A stretch of DNA of 63,207 nucleotides, filler included, from Deltaproteobacteria bacterium (GTDB taxonomy: Bacteria; Myxococcota; JACRCW01): assembly GCA_016218805.1 (NCBI GenBank). It is 6 parts of 6 records of this genome, joined end to end, with 100 filler letters (N's around TTAATTAATTAA, not from the genome) between each part and the next. Parts side by side here need not be neighbours in the genome. Positions count along the whole stretch, not along the records: positions 59,031 to 63,207 come from JACRCW010000115.1; 5 more parts are not named here. The stretch is one strand, 5' to 3'. The translations under genes were made by a program, and so were the position numbers. Under the pieces are notes generated by a model that searched no databases, was not told the DNA's origin, and saw only the letters and a list, made by a program, of their open reading frames with translations. Positions 61,112-63,207 of the stretch are shown here, in pieces; position 1 is the stretch's first letter, and each line of letters starts with the position of its first letter.

Positions 61112-63066
61112 ATGCGGCGCTTCGAATTCGTTGAAGGCACGTCGAGCAAGTTCTGGTGCATCGACCTCCAAGGTACCTCCTTCACGGTGACGTTTGGCCG
61201 TATCGGCACGGCGGGACAGTCGCAGTCCAAGACGTTCGCCACGCCGGAGAAGGCGCGCGCCGAGCACGACAAGCTCGTCGCTGAGAAGGTGAAGAAGGGC
61301 TACTCGGAGGTTGGCGGTGGAACGACTCCTGCTCCCGTTGCCGCCCCGAAGGCGCCCAAGCCGCCCACCAAGAAGGCCGAGGCTGCCCCGCCCGAGACCC
61401 CTGCCGCGGCCCCGACGCCTCCCGCGCCGCCGCCCGCTGCGAGCACCCACGCTGCCCCCGACGCCGCAAGCGAGGACGGTGTTCTCTGGACGGAAGCGCT
61501 CGAGAAGGACGTGGTGCCACGGCGTGGCAGCGCGCACTGCCGTCCGCCACCGGCGTTGAAGCCTGCGCGCAAGTCCTGGGGGCGCGTGAAGGAAGTCCTC
61601 TCCGAGCGCCACGCCGCCATTGGCGAGGTTCAGCAGGACCTCCGGAAGCCCATCGCGCTTTCCCTGGCGCAGGAAATGTTCGCGTCGGGTGGCGCCGAGA
61701 AGGACGCCTTCCTGCTGGGAGTCCTGGAATGGCGACCGCGTTGGGATTCTCCCTCTGCTGGCGCGGAGTACATGGACCTCCTCACGTCAACCGTGGGCGT
61801 GCATCACGCGGCGGAGGTCCTCCTTCGAGCGCTCGAGGATGGACCGCCCGGCGACCTCAAGGGCCATCACATGAGCGCGCACCACACCAAGCTTGACGCG
61901 CTGGTGCGCCTCCGGGAACTCCTCTTCTCCGCGGATGAACCGGCCTTTGAGGCAGCCCAGAACGCGGCGGAAGGCCAGCGCAAACGCGGACGCATGGCGC
62001 GCAGTGCCAGTTCGTTCCTCTTTCCGGATGCTCCCTGGGTCGGCGATGACGTCGCTGCGCTGATCGCCGGCAATGGGCACATCGTTACGCTTGCCGCCGT
62101 CACGCGTCGCGAGGACTTCGCCGCCCTGGCGCCGCTTCTCGCCGGCAACCTGTTCAGCCAGTGGGGTGGTGCCGACCTCGAGCGGTACACCCTTGCAGCC
62201 ACGATCCTGGAGCACGCGGGAATCGCAGTCGCGCCATTCGTGGTGGCGGCGGTCCCGCAGTACGCGACCACGGAAGCGGCACGCGACCGCGCCGCGGTGC
62301 TCGCGGCCCTGGGGTGCGACGAAGCAGTGGCTGCGCTGGTCCTCGACGTGGAGCAGCGCGAAGCCCAGGCAGCGCTGATGGACGCTGCGCGGCGCCAACC
62401 TCGCCGCGTGATCCGTTTGCTCGCGCCGCGGGCCGCACAACGCGGCAAGGTCGCAGACACGGTGCAGGGCGTCCTCGGCGCGGTGCTGCGGCAGTATCCC
62501 GGGCTCGCTGCCGAGGTGTTTCCCACACTGGAAGCCGACGGCCAGCGTGTGTTGTCGGCCATCGCGTCCGCATCGGCGGACGAGGGAAACGAGGCGTCAC
62601 CGGAGAACGTCCCGGCGTTCCTCCAGCGCGCTCCGTGGCTGGATCGGCCACGCCCGCGCGCCGTCTCCCTGACGGTCGAGGCGCCGCGGCTCCCCGACGA
62701 GGTGAAATGGAATCCGGGCGAAAAGGAACAATGGGCGGCGGTTCCGTTCTGGGACTACCAGGTCCGTGATCGTGCATCCTGGAAGGTGGAGGACTGGAAG
62801 AAGCACATCGCCGTCGCCTCCAAGGTGCCGTTCGTAGAGGTCGTCAGCTGCCCGCCGGAGCTTCTCAACAGCGCCCTCGCCAAGGTCACGGACCTGGGTT
62901 GGAACAGCGCGCCCACCATGACGCGCGCCGTTGAACGTCACGGCATCGCCATGCTGCCGTTCCTTCAGTCACGTGCCGCTTCGGAGCCCAGCGAGGTCGT
63001 CCCGGTCGCCGGGCCGTACGCGTGCACGGCGCTCGCGCCCGTCATGGCGGACGCACTGGCCACAAA
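61112..63066 (+). CDS. WGR-domain protein (MolR/DUF4132-like), probably truncated by an IS
   Basis: MRRFEFVEGTSSKFW...FGRIG...EKVKKGY; the sequence changes abruptly at 63067. Confidence 0.8.
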
Positions 63067-63207
63067 TGTTGACGGTGGTCAGAAACCGCGTGGGAATGGT
63101 GCGGAACGCGTGCGGGCACGGGAGATGTTCACCGCGGCAAGACCGATGGTGAAGGGTCTTCGGCCAGGTCCGGAGATCGAGTAGTCAGGCCAGGTCGTCG
63201 GAAGTGA
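63067..63207 (+). mobile_element. probable IS terminus (IS21-like TG end)
   Basis: TGTTGACGGTGGTCAGAAA begins where protein-like sequence stops, near the window end. Confidence 0.45.

Overview
High-GC bacterial DNA, most consistent with a Myxococcota/deltaproteobacterial draft genome (MYXO-CTERM-like tail, Ser/Thr kinase-TPR protein, FG-GAP proteins). The window is not continuous: it is six contigs joined by 100-nt N/TTAATTAATTAA spacers (7918-8017, 13760-13859, 31358-31457, 45812-45911, 58931-59030). Most contig ends are insertion-sequence termini, and most of these insertions lie inside genes. They include an ISL3-like element (three left ends, one right end), an ISKra4/ISLre2-like element, an ISAs1 end and probable IS21-like and IS1380-like ends. 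The two ISKra4-like ends share an 8-bp target duplication, which shows that contigs 1 and 5 are genomic neighbours. Core genes include smc (partial), rplY, pth, a PspA-family gene, tRNA-His, ion transporters, glycosyltransferases, agmatinase and cytochrome c peroxidase. The most interesting accessory locus is a three-gene unit at 31598-40116, led by a >2000-aa protein with a ZU5-like HFS putative autoproteolysis module, beta-helix, Ig-like repeats, a Cys-rich segment and an uncharacterised helical C-terminal domain. Other notable items are a ClpX-type zinc finger fused to agmatinase, a tRNA-fMet 3' half with arm-like repeats, an IS-disrupted divergent EF-Tu paralogue and a decayed integrase beside tRNA-His. 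No CRISPR array, rRNA or recognisable defence system was seen. Family assignments come from motif recognition by eye, not from database searches.
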